A program made the position numbers and the translations under genes. DNA of 64,000 bases from Eledone cirrhosa (lineage: Eukaryota), in NCBI GenBank assembly GCA_964016885.1, contig OZ024743.1:300700001-300764000 (forward strand), written 5' to 3'. Positions 43,629 through 57,686 of the stretch are shown here, piece after piece. Under the pieces are notes generated by a model, which made no database searches, was not told where the DNA came from, and worked only from the letters and a program-made list of their open reading frames with translations. Each line of letters starts with the position of its first letter. Positions within the stretch are counted from its first letter, which is position 1.

Positions 43629-43630
<2 letters not shown>
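43170..43630 (+). mobile_element. Small element with about 120-150-bp direct repeats flanking a degenerate hammerhead
   Basis: cagagggcgtta...catagctacggctttctaaatgtttac...acagctatg occurs at about 43173-43325 and 43515-43630. CTAATGA ggac..gtcc GAAA tgca TC lies at 43455-43486. Confidence 0.6.
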
Positions 43631-43659
<29 letters not shown>

Positions 43660-43690
43660 TTCGTTTCTGAATTTGCTTAGCAAGATTCTT

Positions 43691-43837
<147 letters not shown>

Positions 43838-44544
43838 ACAAATGTGGTATGAATATCCAAGGGTCTAGATCACTCAGTCAATAGGACGAGTTAAGTATAA
43901 TTAGTTATAAGGGCATGTACAGGTATTTAGATTATATAAGAAAATCTATACAGAAACAAGATGGGCAACTTATTATTCACAGGAAGGCCAGTGGTATAGT
44001 TGAAAAGTCGATGAAAATAAATTCACTTAATTCAGTCTAGACCAATTTAATTTCAAAACAAAGTTTGTCACCATCAGGACAGAGACAGAAGCAATCGAGG
44101 TGCATCTCCGAAATACACACCTGGCCAAATTTCGTTTCATAGACGTAGGAGTGGGTTTTTTCCCATTCTTCTATTTAATGGAGACATTGTGCTTCTACTG
44201 TTGTAGTTACACTCATGGTTCGCTAACTGATTGGTATGTTTTTTTGTGAGGATGACTAAATGTTGTGTTGTGATTCAGGAAACGGTGTTTGAAACGAGTC
44301 AGAGACATTACTGCATACGTCTACGATTTAGTTTGGTGGTCCTGGTTAGTTGATGTCACTTTTACTTATGAAGTAGAAGTGACCTCTATCATTATTTATA
44401 AATAATTTCGGAATTACCTACACTAAAAACTCTCCAATAATTTGTAAAATCCTCATTTGAAATGTATGAGATGCTGAATGTGAAGGGTGAGCAACCCAAC
44501 GAAACTTAAGTACTTGTATATGTCACTGCTGTAACTAATTATGC

Positions 44545-44599
<55 letters not shown>

Positions 44600-44771
44600 C
44601 ATATATATATATATATGAATGAAGAAATGGCGTGTTGCGTTGTTGCGAATATGAACATATGAATAAATCGCTCGCACTGATTTTAGGTATCTAGACTTTA
44701 ATGCGAAGAAATATCAATGAGAATCACCAGTCTACTGATGACGGACATTGTCCTGTTTCTCGGTCTATTTT

Positions 44772-44849
<78 letters not shown>

Positions 44850-45576
44850 CGCATGTGTATGCGTGTGTGAGAGAGAGAGATAGACTGAGAGGGTTTATAG
44901 TTAACAAGTATCAATATGAAATATGTAATAAATGACTGATGATTAATTTCAAAATACCAGATACATTGAGCTAGATATATATATAAAGAGCAAATGATGA
45001 CAAATAAAACAAAAGAAAAACACGTTTTATTGAGTATATTTCGAAATGATATTTCAGGGTTATTGCACCTATTTTACATGAAATGAAAACTGTTCAAAGC
45101 AAAAATTAACCATCGGTGCGTTCTTCAATAATATATCTACGATTCCGAAATAATCATGTGTGGAACCGTTATAGTATCAAATCTGTTCCGTACATTTCCA
45201 ATCTATTATTTATCCCTGGCTTCTTCTTGTTGATGATACTTCTTCAATTTCTCCCATTCCTTTCCATCTTGGCTTGCGCAATAGGGTAAACTAAATGTAT
45301 CGACTTCGCTATCTATCATTGTGCTTTTTTGACAGAAGATCTCTTCGTCACGTGTTCTTCATTCGTATTTTCAGAATCAGTACAGTACATCCGATGTATG
45401 TCACTTTCTAGACCACACACACACTTATGTAGCTAATAGCCCTGCAATACCATGCTAAAATATTCTATGTAAAACATTTCTTTGTTTTGTTTTATTTCTT
45501 ATCCTTTGCCCTTTGTATATTTCTACCGCATTGTACAGGCACTTTGAAACTTAGCAGTCACTCATTATATATTTAT

Positions 45577-45624
<48 letters not shown>

Positions 45625-47581
45625 TTCTCTTAGACTTATTGAACTATATAGTTTTTCAGTTTCATTTGTTGCTGGGTAAAACCATTGTACCGTTTAATAA
45701 TTATGAATAATATTTGGGTTTCTATACATTTAATTAGTGGTTAATTCATACCTTTTCGAAACGAAACAATAGCCGAAATTTTGAAATTGAATAAATGAAA
45801 ATGGGAACTGTCATAGAATTTTAGCAATTCGTTCACAAACATTAATACTTTGAATAGAAACAACGTAATGTATTGATTATTTCTTCTTTTCTATGAAATC
45901 AGTTATATTCCGTTGATCTGAAGTAAACGCTAAACACGATAGTAACCCAAACGAAATAAGAAAATCAACATTATATACACTTTTCCCATATAATATTCAT
46001 AAAAACTCTTATAAGATGGCATCACTGCATATATGTGCTAAATTCTCCAGAGCATATACGTTCGCTTTCTAGATAAGGAGTGAAATGTTTTCCGATGCAA
46101 GCATCGTCCTTTCAAATTAGATCAGTACTCATAATATACAATTGACAGGTCTCCCATAGATAGTACAAGATTAGCAGAGCAGCCGATTTGTAATATTTCT
46201 TTATAGTAATATTTCTTTATAGTATCAAAATAATTGTCACGAATCTTCTTAATGTGTAGAACGAAGGCCCTCAACATGAACCTTTCAGAACTATTGTGTG
46301 AATTGATCTAACATTATTAAACATTTTGAAGACATTTTCTTGCATGACATGAATTTGAATAATACTTGAATGCTTTGAAAAATAATAAACACTCGCTGTT
46401 AAACACAAAGTATAACATTGAATGTGCATATAAATATATGCGTAAATAGTGTAATGCGCATGGATTCCGTTGCGTTGGGATTAAAATTTGATTCTTGGAT
46501 GCAACTTATCATATATATGTTGCCTTCACCGCCACGATATGATCAAAGTTAACACGTGCGCAAACATGACTTTAGAGTGAAGGCATGATTCAATTTTCCT
46601 TTTCATGTTTGTTGCATTGATGAATATTGTTAACCTAGAAATATACCTAACAATAATGTACTTGGCTGAAACACAAATCATTTTGTTGTACGGTGTTAAT
46701 GATGCCTGTAAAATATGTTTACCCTTTCAAATTGAATACGCACGGTGTCGATTGAGTGTACCTAAATCATCGTGTAAGAGGTAACTCTGCTATCCAGTTA
46801 GACGAAAATATAATCAGTAGATATTTCCTATGTCTGCAAGCCTGCAGCAGTGAAGTGTCTAAACCAATCTGAAAACATTTCATATTTGTTCTTTACTTGG
46901 GGATTTGGCGTTCATATCCCGCAATAATTATTTATTAATTTTTCTGAACAAACATGCACCGACATCTTTGGGAGTAATTAACCGACATTCTTGAAAGATT
47001 CATCTATGCAAGAGCTTATCAACGAGGATGAATATGGGTTTGGAATTGAGATGGGAAACTCTTGTCCCTTATTTCATAAACACATTTTATGAAACGTTGT
47101 AATGAATTGAATGTTTAGCAAGTTTCGACTGATTTAAAAATAAGTACTATTTTTTGTAACACGTTTCTTAAAACATATGTAACGTTTCTGAAAAGTTATC
47201 CTCTTAGTGGTTCGGACATTATTTTATAACTCTTTATATTTATCTAAAATAATATATATAAGTTTACATAATAATCTTGAATTAAATTAAAACTACTGTC
47301 TATTTTGATTGAACGTCTGTCTAAAATATGCTTTCGTGAAAGTTCCTATAATATTGCTAATACATTCAACATAGAAATCGTACAAAACTATTTAATTGAT
47401 CAGTTTTAAAAAGTCGTGTCGCTTACAAAATTAAATTTAAGCTGCTGATCGTAGACGATAGTAGCGTCAATAGTAGGTCGGTGGTATTAACATTGCACAT
47501 AATTATCCTAGAATTACAGAGCAATTACCGTGAGAGGTAAGGGAAGAAAGGGAGTTGTAGATATTCTGAAAAAGGGTGAGA

Positions 47582-47739
<158 letters not shown>

Positions 47740-47861
47740 TAGGTTACAAAAATAAACAACCATGTTTCGGATGGGAACAGTTTATGAATATTTTTGTCAT
47801 ACTGCGTTATAGATAAATTATAAAAAAATATATTTAAAACATCATTATATAAGTATTTCGC

Positions 47862-48045
47862 AGGGCGTGGATTGGCAGTATCAGTAGAGGGTCGGACGCC
47901 ATGCTTTCCAGCATAGTTACGTCCCTTTACGATCTGAGTTCAAATCCCGCCGAGTTTGACTTTGCCTTTCATCCTTACGGGGGTATAAAACAAAGTACCA
48001 GTAATGCACTGGGTAATTGCTGGCCTTGTGCCTAAAGTAGAAACA
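47862..48045 (+). mobile_element. Full-length tRNA-derived SINE with an 18-bp TSD
   Basis: A-box-like tggcagtatcagtag, B box gagttcaaatccc, core tttgcctttcatccttacgggg. TSD attatataagtatttcgc at 47844-47861 and 48046-48063. Confidence 0.93.
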
Positions 48046-48534
48046 ATTATATAAGTATTTCGCCTTTAAGACTAGAACTACTTATCTTTGGTGATGTATA
48101 TTTTTAGGTATTACTATGAAAATATTTAGGAGCAGTATAATTGTAATCGCTAGTTTTGGTTTGACACAATCGATGTTGCAACGGAAGATATGACTTGTAT
48201 TTTGTTCTAATTGCTTATAAGGAACGGTAATTTAAGTTGTTGAGCAGTTGGAAGTACACGTTGAGTAATATAACGATATTTATAATGGATCATAAGAGCT
48301 GACACGCCTTTTATAAATCGCCTCCTCGATTATAGTTGATAACGTTAAAGAAGATGATTTACGTAATGTTCATGGTTTATATGGAGCCAAGTTCAAACAG
48401 TAATATTTTTATGTGCTACGTAAAATATTTCTTTTAACCAAGTGTCATTTAGCATGATGTTCTATGGCTTTTCATATTCTAAAAAGAAACAGTCCAAAAC
48501 ATCTATCTATAGATATAACTATTAAACTATCTTT

Positions 48535-49420
48535 TTCCAGGTACGTGGATGCTCTCTTTTCCCGCGTAAGTGGATGATATATTTATGGTCACTTCATCAA
48601 ATGAAGAAGCTATCAAGATCTACAATATCTTTGAAAACATAGACGTACATATACAACATGAGGTTGATCATACAAACTCTACTTACACCAAGACTTATCG
48701 AGCAGGGTTCCATAAGCACTAACTTTATAGGAAGGATGCCTTCTGAGATATTTTTGTGCTCGACGACTCCGCCTTTTCCTACAGTGCCAAAATGGCCTAT
48801 ATACACAATTAGATCAACCGGATACGCAACAGATTGAGGGAGGGTTATGACAAAGCGGCACGGTTGAAATTCCAAAGAGTTTTCACCGAAAACGTCTAGC
48901 CTACTTTTCTCACCGAGCACGTAAAAAACAAAGCAACTTACACGTAGGTTCAACCTATGATAATTAAATATGTCACATTGCAAAGAAAAGACGACAGCTG
49001 CCATCAGACAAGCTATCCTTATGGAGGGACTTAACATACGGCTGGCAAAATCGGGACCCTCATTGAGGAAACTGCTCCTCAGACACCAACTAACATACAG
49101 TGATATATGTATACTTCCTAATTGTCTAATCAACAACATAAGAGTGGACATAAGAGAATATGTGGTCTATGAGATCTCGTTCAAAATATGTAGCTCCTCA
49201 TACATCGGGTGTAAAATAAAGAGGCTATGCTGGATCAAGTAAAATGTGACAAGGAGAAACTCTTCCGTAAAAGAATATCCTGACAGATGCCATAACCCAG
49301 TCATTGAGGTCAACATAGATGCAACTGAAAGGAATAGTGGACATTTAAGGATTAACGAAGTCCTTTAAATCAGACAAATAAATCCATATATAAATAATAG
49401 CTTACAACTCAACGCTAGAA
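48535..49420 (+). mobile_element. Degenerate Penelope-like ORF (RT remnant plus GIY-YIG)
   Basis: RYVD-like motif at about 48540; VVYEISFKICSSSYIG; C-terminal LRINEVL*IRQINPYINN at about 49345-49400. Confidence 0.7.
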
Positions 49421-49488
49421 GAGCCGTTTCAAAAGAATTTAAAAATATATATATATATATACATATGTATATATATATATATATATAT

Positions 49489-50378
49489 AAACAATTAAGT
49501 TAAAAATGTACATCTACATATGCATACTGAAATACTAGTGTGCATATGAATACACACACGTATACATATGTAGATGTAACAAGTCTTTCACTGGTTGCTT
49601 TACTGTGAGCAACCCAGCTATTCTGTATGTAAACACACAGACAAACCGGTTTTTAGAGTCATACTGGTTTTCGAGGAAACACCTGTTTGTCTGTGTGTTT
49701 ACATACAGAATAGCTGGGTTGCTCACAGTAAAGCAACCAGTGAAAGACTTGTTACATCTACATATGTATACGTGTGTGTATTCATATGCACACTAGTATT
49801 TCAGTATGCAAATGTAGATGTACATTTTTAACTTAATTGTTTAAGCGTCAGTCATACAAAAGTGAGTTACAAACGAAACGAAATTTAATTTCGTTTCGTT
49901 ATTTGTTTTTATCGTCTCCGCTGAACCGGTGCGTACTCATACTCTATGCAAATTAGTCTGCCCACTACTAATTTTCATAGAAAAAGCATATAACGATATG
50001 TGCTTTTACAATTCTCCAGAAAGGCCGGTCGATAGGTAAATATTGCTGATGAGTTGTAACAACAACGAAACTAGTTCAATATTCCTTGTCTGGCTTTCTG
50101 GAGAATAGAGGGAAGGTGTTTCCTCGAAAACCAGTATGACTCTAAAAACCGGTTTGTCTGTGTGTTTACATACAGAATAGCTGGATGCTCACAGTAAAGC
50201 AACCAGTGAAAGACTTGTTACATCTACATATGTATACGTGTGTGTATTCATATGCACACTAGTATTTCAGTATGCATATGTAGATGTACATTTTTAACTT
50301 AATTGTTTAAGCGTCAGTCATACAAAAGTGAGTTACAAACGAAACGAAATTTAATTTCGTTTCGTTATTTGTTTTTAT
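49489..50378. mobile_element. PLE pseudo-LTR-like structure: inverted copy plus partial tandem direct copies
   Basis: 49489-49684 is the reverse complement of about 50114-50310. About 49685-49910 is a direct copy of about 50151-50378. The copies are nearly identical. Confidence 0.85.
50011..50106 (+). ncRNA. Type I hammerhead ribozyme with an intact core
   Basis: aatattg CTGATGA gttg-taacaa-caac GAAAC ta GTT caatatt. Stem I extends through attctccagaaa/tttctggagaat and stem III is the palindrome actagt. Confidence 0.85.
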
Positions 50379-50393
50379 ATATATATATATATA

Positions 50394-50699
50394 TAGTTAA
50401 AAGAATAGAGGTGTAACACACAAGTTATTATATATTGGTAAACGGAATAGAAAATGCTGACAAATTGTTCACAGTTGAAAAATGGTTTAATTATGAATAA
50501 AAGAGTTTTAGTGATTGTATGGGTTAGTATTCAGTTGTGGTTTTAAGTTTTTAAGTTTTTACCGGTTGCGGATTTCTAAATGCTTTTCAAAAATAATTTG
50601 GAGATAGAGTGTCCGTGCTGTTTGCTCTCAAACAGCACGGACACTCTATCTCAAAATTATTTTTGAAAAGCATTTAGAAATGCGCAACCGGTAAAAACT
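50394..50699. mobile_element. Fold-back fragment of the same family as 21126-21345
   Basis: 50394-50525 matches the 21126-21345 element. The palindrome at 50554-50699 has about 70-bp arms and a ctct loop. Confidence 0.85.
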
Positions 50700-52600
50700 G
50701 GATGCGGTGCTAGCGGCGGCAGGCTTCGGACCCGTTTTCAGGGGCTGGATCACTGCTATGCACAGCAGCCGCATCTGCTCTAGGGCCAAGGTGAACGGCT
50801 ACCTCTCGGAGCCGTTCAAAATCGCGCGGTCCATCCGACAAGGGTGCCCTCTCTCCTCCCGTCTGTATGTGTTGACTCTCGAGCCACTACTGCGGAAGTT
50901 GTAGTTGTTGCAGGGCATCCCTTTGGAACCGGGATTGCGGAAAGCGGTGTCGGCCTACGCCGATGACGTGACAGTAATGGTGTTGACGGCCTCCGAAATC
51001 GAGGCGGTCGGCACCTTACTGGAGGAGTATGAAAAGTTCACAGGGGCTAAGCTGAACCGGGACAAGTCGATCGGTTTGCAACTCGGCACGTGGAGGGGCA
51101 GACCGATGCCCTCCGATGGCGTCGTCGGACGCTGGACGGAGGGCCCGGTGAAGTTGCTCGGGGTCTGGTTCGGACCGGACCTCCAGGTGGAGAAAAACTG
51201 GGCGGAGGTTACGAACAGGGTGTTTGCACTGACCCAGAAGTGGGCCAGTTGCAAACTATCCCTGAAAGGTCGGGCGAAGGTGGCGAACACCTACATAGCG
51301 TCCGTCATCTACAACCGCCTGACCGTAGTGCCCTGCCCAGTGAAACCCTCACCAAGATGGAGCGCGCGCTCTTCCAATTCCTTTGGAAGAGGCGGGCTCC
51401 TATGGTGAGGAGATCCATCTGCTGTCAACACCCTTCGAAAGGAGGGCTGCGGATGCCGTGGCTAATGATGCGTAAACACGCATTAAGGCTACGGCACCTC
51501 TACGTATTCCTCACCGGACAACCGGTGTGGGCCTCGTTTGTGAGACGAACCTTTCCCAGACTCGTCTCACTCACCGAGCTGCAATCCTGGGTCAAGCAAA
51601 GACCGAGAAAACTGGGCGCCTGGCACACTGGGTGTGCCCAGGCGCTCACCGCCCTCTGGCAGGCGGATCCGGTTATCAGTGGAGACTCCACCGCAACATT
51701 CTATAGAGTGCTGGTACGCAGCAGGTGCGACGACGCCCTCGGAGAAGCCCTAGACATGGAGGAGGACGAACTGGCCAGCCTGTTCGGTAGGACATTCAGC
51801 CCGGGACCTATGGACAACTTCCAGAAGTCTCTGGCCTGGCAGTGCTACCGAGGGGCTTTACCCGTTCGAGAAAGGCTCTACAGACACGGGCGCCCGGGTA
51901 GGGACCCCGCCAAAAAGATCTGTCCCAGATGCGTGTGCGACGAGGAAACCGTTGCACACGCATTGGTACACTGCTCGGGCGTAGCCGATCTGTGGGGCTA
52001 TGTCGAACAACTGCTGTCAAGGGTGGGGCCGATCCGGTTGACCACCGAGTCTATTGTAATGATCAAGCCGCCTCCCCCCTTCAAAGATGAAGCAGAGGCG
52101 GTGTTTCTGTGCGTAATAGCCATGGCGAAAGAGGTTGTATGGTGGACGCGTCTGAAAGGACTGAGGTCGGGCACCTTTCTCTCTGGCCAACAACTGGTCC
52201 GTTTCTTCCGTTATCATTTCGGAAGAAGGATCAGGATGGAGAGAGAGGTGCTGCACCCCAGCCGTTTCTATGAAAGATGGGTGAAAGTGGCGAGAATGGC
52301 CCGTGTGAATGTGCCTTCACTCTACATCAGACTATAGGTGAGGAAGATGAAAGACCAAGGGAGCACCCCTTCTCTGTGCTCCTGAGGAGAAGGGTTGCAC
52401 ACTTTTTTCGGGGGTGTGTGCGACCCCCCAAGGCGCCTCCTCTCTATTGAGGATTTTGTTATAAATTTTATTTTTTGTTATATCTTATTTTATTTTTATA
52501 TTTTGTTATTGCCTCCTCCTTATTGAGGACGCCTTTTTGTGTAAACTCCCGCCTTTGTACTTGTCCCACTTTTGATGCACTAGTGGCAAATAAAAGAAAC
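50698..52600 (+). mobile_element. Tx1-clade LINE, family B copy 4 (5'-truncated)
   Basis: IRQGCPLS, SAYADD, LSLKGR, CPRCVCDEETVAHALVHC; ends aataaaagaaacatatctctct. Confidence 0.93.
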
Positions 52601-52610
52601 ATATCTCTCT

Positions 52611-55600
52611 AAATCTAGCTGTCGTCTGTTCTACAGCGTAGACGTAATTCACTTCGCGCAGAAGTTTTGTTCCAATTTATTGCGGAAATTTTGTAAGTTT
52701 AATTTTAATTTCGATACTATTGTGTAGCTTGACCCCCCGTCTAAACTGTCAGGCGGTGGGTCAGCTCATGTTCGCCCCTTCCAGGTGTGAAAACCTGTTT
52801 TTTAAATTTTGTGGCATAAAATTTCAATCGTCTGGCAGAAATGTTAAACGAAAGTAGTGGTGGGGGGACAGCGGTAAGAGTTGTAAGCTCGCACGCTTTA
52901 GTCCCCTCTTCCTTCCCAACTAACGTCATACAGAAGGAAAGAAAAAATAAAATAAAAACAGACGAATGTGCGGAGAAAAATGAAGAAAACACAAATATGG
53001 ACATTGATTCCAACAACAAAAACAATTTGAAATAATTGCATGACAATATTAATACCACAAACAAAGAAACAACAAACACAAAAATAACATTTGAAAACAA
53101 CATCATAACAGAAAGCAAAGCATACGACAAAGTCAACACCAATAATATTTCATTTGCACAAACAACAAAGAAATCTTTAACATATATACCTGAAAATATT
53201 TCAGATGTGGCACAAAGAATAAAACACGCCAAACAATACATAACTCAAGGGGAAAATGGAACCTTATTGGTAAAAATGCCCCAACAACTCACCAAAGATA
53301 TTGAAAGTCGGACGGTCGTTTTCCGCACCATCAACAACATCTCAAAAAAACCTCAACAACCAACACAAGCAGAAATTAAAGCAGTACTTACAGAACTACT
53401 TAATGAAGCCACTTTTATAAGAAGAGACAGACTGTATGGAAGCCTAGCAATTATTATGAAGAACGAATCAGTGGCAAAAAATATGATTTGTCGCCGATTC
53501 GTTCGACAAATTTTACCTTTTATCCATCTTATATGGGTAAAAGAACTCAGCGCATATGGCTGGATACGATGATGCCAGATGTGGATTACTGGTGGCTCAT
53601 AGCTGGCTTCATCGATCCAGCGAATGACAACGTGATTTCCATTGGGAAAACCACAGGCAATGCGTTCAGTGGAACAGGTATTGAACTTGTAGTGCAAATG
53701 AAGCCTGAACGCATTGCCCAAATACCCGACAGAATCCTATTAGAAGGCCACGGGTATATAAACGTTAGCGTGGAGGGGAGAAGGCCGTCCTGTCATATCT
53801 GTGCAAGCATAGGGCACCTGAAGGCCTCTTGTCACCAACTCAACAAGAAGAAAACCCTGCTACCAACACCAGCTCCACCACCACAACAACAGATAAACAA
53901 ACAACAAAACTCAGTCCCACCCAACCCGTCCCTCAGTAAAACTACACCACCACCACAACACAAACAGACACAAAACATTACCCAAAAACAAAACACAGGC
54001 CCACCCAACCCCTCACTCAATAAAACAACACAACCACCGCAGACACAACACACAACACAGTCTAACATAGTGACATCCATCTCCCCCACAAAGAAAACCA
54101 ACACGGAAACATTACCAGCAATCATACCTCTTCCCTCCAACACTGAAGATAACCCAACGAATTCGGAGCAAGAAACGGAGTCCTTCAGACAGATTAAAAG
54201 GAAAAAAAGAAAACATGTGCAAAACACACAAGGCCAAACAACCCCTACCCAAATGTCAACACAATCCAACACAACACAAAACACCCCTCCAGCAACAAAC
54301 AAAACCAAACGTGCCCCCCCCCCCTCTTCGAAACACTCACACCATCCGAAAAAAAGAGATTACACTATACTTACATCAACAGAAACAATAATAAATTAAA
54401 TGAACTCATAAATAATAACCATTCGGTTCAAACCGAAGGGGTAAACTTTATTTCTTCAGAAAACAACCCACATTTAAAATTACTAAAGATTACAATGAAC
54501 CTCTACCAAAAACTAAAAAAGGATTTTAAGGAGGACGTAGGACCACCCTCTGTCAAACCCATAAACCGCGTCCTCCTAAAAAGCCCCCCCCCCCCTTGTC
54601 CCCTCCCCAACACAACTCCAAACACCCCAACCCCACCACACACTGACGACCCCACACCACCAGAAGACACCCCTTCACCCAACACTCCCGACCCCATGGA
54701 AGTCTTGCGACCCGAATTCCGGGAAGCAGAAAGGTAGGTCTCTACACTCTCTTTTGGCTTTGCCGCCCACATGGATGTGTTAAGAGTAGGATGTTTGAAT
54801 GCACGTGGCCTGGGCTCAACTTGGAAGCAAGCAAAGCTTCTAAATGACCTCAGGTCACGTGGTATAAATGTAATGGTTATCTGTGAGACTCGGATCAGCG
54901 TCGTGCGGCAGCTGGACCCTACCTTCGATGACTTTGAGGTGCATGCATCTCTCTGTCAACCTGGAGTTGGGGGTGGGGTTTCGTACTGCTGGAAAAACAC
55001 CTGGGTCTCACCGTACAGGTTGTTCACTCGGACCCGGAAAGTCGTTTGTTGGAGCTAGACGTTTGCAGTAGTGAAGGTGCGGCCTTGAGACTGGTCGCCG
55101 TCTACTCCCCTTTCGGAGCTGAACGACCCGACTTCTTGCAGCGTCTGGAGACTTTTCTGGGAACGTCGCGTTCCCTGCTTCTAGCGGGACTATGCAGGAG
55201 CATGTCCTAGTAGAGGTGGTTGTAACAACCTCTAAGGGATACTCGACCGTTTTAACTTGGTCGATAGATATCGACTAGATTTTCCAACTGTGCCAACCTG
55301 CACTTGGACGAACCAAAGTGGTCAATCTAGATCGTTCTTAGATATATTCTTAGTTAGAAGTAAGGATAGGGACATATTAAGCTGTCCAGAAATTCTCACG
55401 GTTGGCTATACGGATCACAAATTAGTGACCTTCGTAGTCAATCTCGAGAAAACACATGGACAGTGTCCAGGTTACTGGAAACTTAATTTGTCTTTACCGG
55501 CAAAAGAGACTTGTTCTGTAGCCAAGGGCGTAGTCTCGCTGGTGAGGAAGGACGAGATCAAGGGGGATAGTATAAATAATGTTCGGCCCATAACCCTGCT

Positions 55601-57685
55601 AAACACAGAGTTAAATATTTTGGCCAAGGTGTTAGCAAAGAGGTTGGCGCTTGTCGTGGGTGGCCTGGTAGGAGATGCGCAGACATGTGCTATCCCATCC
55701 AGGTCCATTCACGACAACCTCCATCTCATGCGATACATCATAGAGAGGGTTGGCAACAAACCCGGCTTCGGTGGGTCCCTGATCAACTTGGATCAGTCTA
55801 AGGCGTTCGATAGGGTCGACCATGGTTACCTGGATGCGGTGCTAGCGGCGGCTGGGTTCGGTCCTGTTTTCAGAGGCTGGATCACTGCGTTACATAGCAA
55901 CCACATCTGTTCTAGGATCAAGGTGAACGGCTACCTTTCGAAGCCGTTCGAAATCACACGATCCATTCGACAGTGGTGCCCTCTCTCCTCCCTTCTGTAC
56001 GTATTAACTCTCGAGCATTTACTGAGGAAGTTGGAGTTGTTGCAGGGTATCCCCCTGGAACTAGTATTGAGCAAAGCGGTGTCGGCCTACGCCGATGACA
56101 TAACAGTAATGGTATCGACCGACTCGGAGATCGAGGCGATCGGTACCTTACTGGAGGAATACGAAAGTTTGTCAGGAGTGAAACTGAACCGGGAAAAATC
56201 CATCGGGCTGCAACTCGGAACGTGGAGAGGCAGACTGATGCCTCTCGACGGTGTCGTCGGACACTGGACGGAGGGCCCGCTGAAGTTGCCTGGGGTCTGG
56301 TTTAGAACGGACCTCCAGGTGGAAAAGAACTGGGGCGAGGTTACGAACAAGGTGTCTGCACTAACCCAGAAATGGGCCAAGTGTAAGCTGTCCCTAAAAG
56401 GTCGGGCGGAGGTGGCGAACATTTACATAGCGTCCGTCACTTACTACCGCTTGACTGTCGTGCCTTGCCCTAAGGAAACACTCACTACCATGGAACGCAT
56501 GCTCTTTCAATTTCTTTGGAAAAAGCGCCCTCCTATGGTGAGAAGATCCATCTGCTGCCAAAAACCTTCGAAAGGAGGGCTGGGGATGCCGTGGTTGATG
56601 ATGCGTAGGCACGCATTAAGGCTACGGCACCTACAGGTATTCCTCACTGGTCAACCGGTGTGGGCTCCGTTCGTGAAACGAGCCTTTCCGAGACTCGTCT
56701 CGCTCACCGAGCTGCAGTCCTGGGTCAAGCAAAGATCCGGAAAACTGGGAGACTGGCACACTGAGTGTGCCCAGGCGCTCAGGCTCTCTGGCAAGTGGAC
56801 CCGGCCATCGGTGGAGAATCTACCTCGTCATTCTATAGTGGGCTGGTGGCTAGCAGGGGCGATGACACCCTTGGAGAGTCGCTGGACATGGAAAAGGGCG
56901 AGCTGGCCAGCCTGTTCGGTAGGACTTTCGGCCCGGGACCAATGGACAACTTCCAGAAGTCACTAGCCTGGCAATGCTACCGGGGGGCTCTACCCGTTCG
57001 AGAAAAGCTCTACAGACACGGGCGCCGGGGCAGGGATCCCTCGAAAAAGATTTGCCCTAGATGCGTGCGTCACAAAGATACCGTCGCGCACACATTGCTG
57101 CAATGTCCGGACGTGGCTGATCTGTGGGGCTACGCCGAACAACTGCTGTCGTGGGTGGCGCAGATTCGATTGACCGCCGAGTCCGTGATGACAATCAAGC
57201 CGCCTCCTCTCTTCACAAAGGAAGCAAAGGCGGTTTTTTTTCTGTGCGTAATAGCCATGTTGAAAGAGATTGTTTGGTCGACACGATTGAAAGGTCTGAG
57301 ATCTGGCAACTTCCTCTCTGGCCATAGTCTGGTCTACTTCTTCCGATATCACTTCGGAAGATGGACAAGAATGGAGAAAGAGGTACTTGGCCACAGGCAG
57401 TTTTATGAAATGTGGGTGATAGTGTCGAGAATGGCTCGTGTAAATGGGCCTTCTCTGTATACCATCCTGTAGGTAAAGAAGTGAAGGAGAGGGGAGCACC
57501 TTCTCCATGTCCTCCCCGGGCAAAGGATTGCGCACTTTTTCGGGGGTGTGTGCAACCCGCATCACGTCCCCTCCCTTTTGAGGTTGTTTTCGATTATTTT
57601 CATTTCATACCCTTTTTACTCGATTTTATGTAAACTCCCCCTTTGTATTTGTCCCTTCTTTTATGCCTTTAGGGTAAATAAAGAA
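52611..57685 (+). mobile_element. Tx1-clade LINE, family B copy 5 (full-length ends, internal ORF2 deletion)
   Basis: ORF1 starts at ATG 52841 with knuckle CHICASIGHLKASC. ORF2 starts at ATG 54771 (MDVLRVGCLNARGLG) and includes YTDH, GYWKLN, RPITLLN, SAYADD and CPRC..HTLLQC. It ends aataaagaaa followed by (TC)n. Confidence 0.93.
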
Positions 57686-57686
57686 A

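Noticed and set aside
44733-44765. CTGATGA-cggacattgtcc hammerhead-like start
   Set aside because: No GAAA follows stem II, so the core is incomplete.
47862-47955. tRNA gene
   Set aside because: The A/B boxes belong to a SINE head; no cloverleaf, and a TSD is present.
49535-49831. Mirror ORFs MSNPAILYV on both strands
   Set aside because: A consequence of the inverted repeat, with no recognisable domain.
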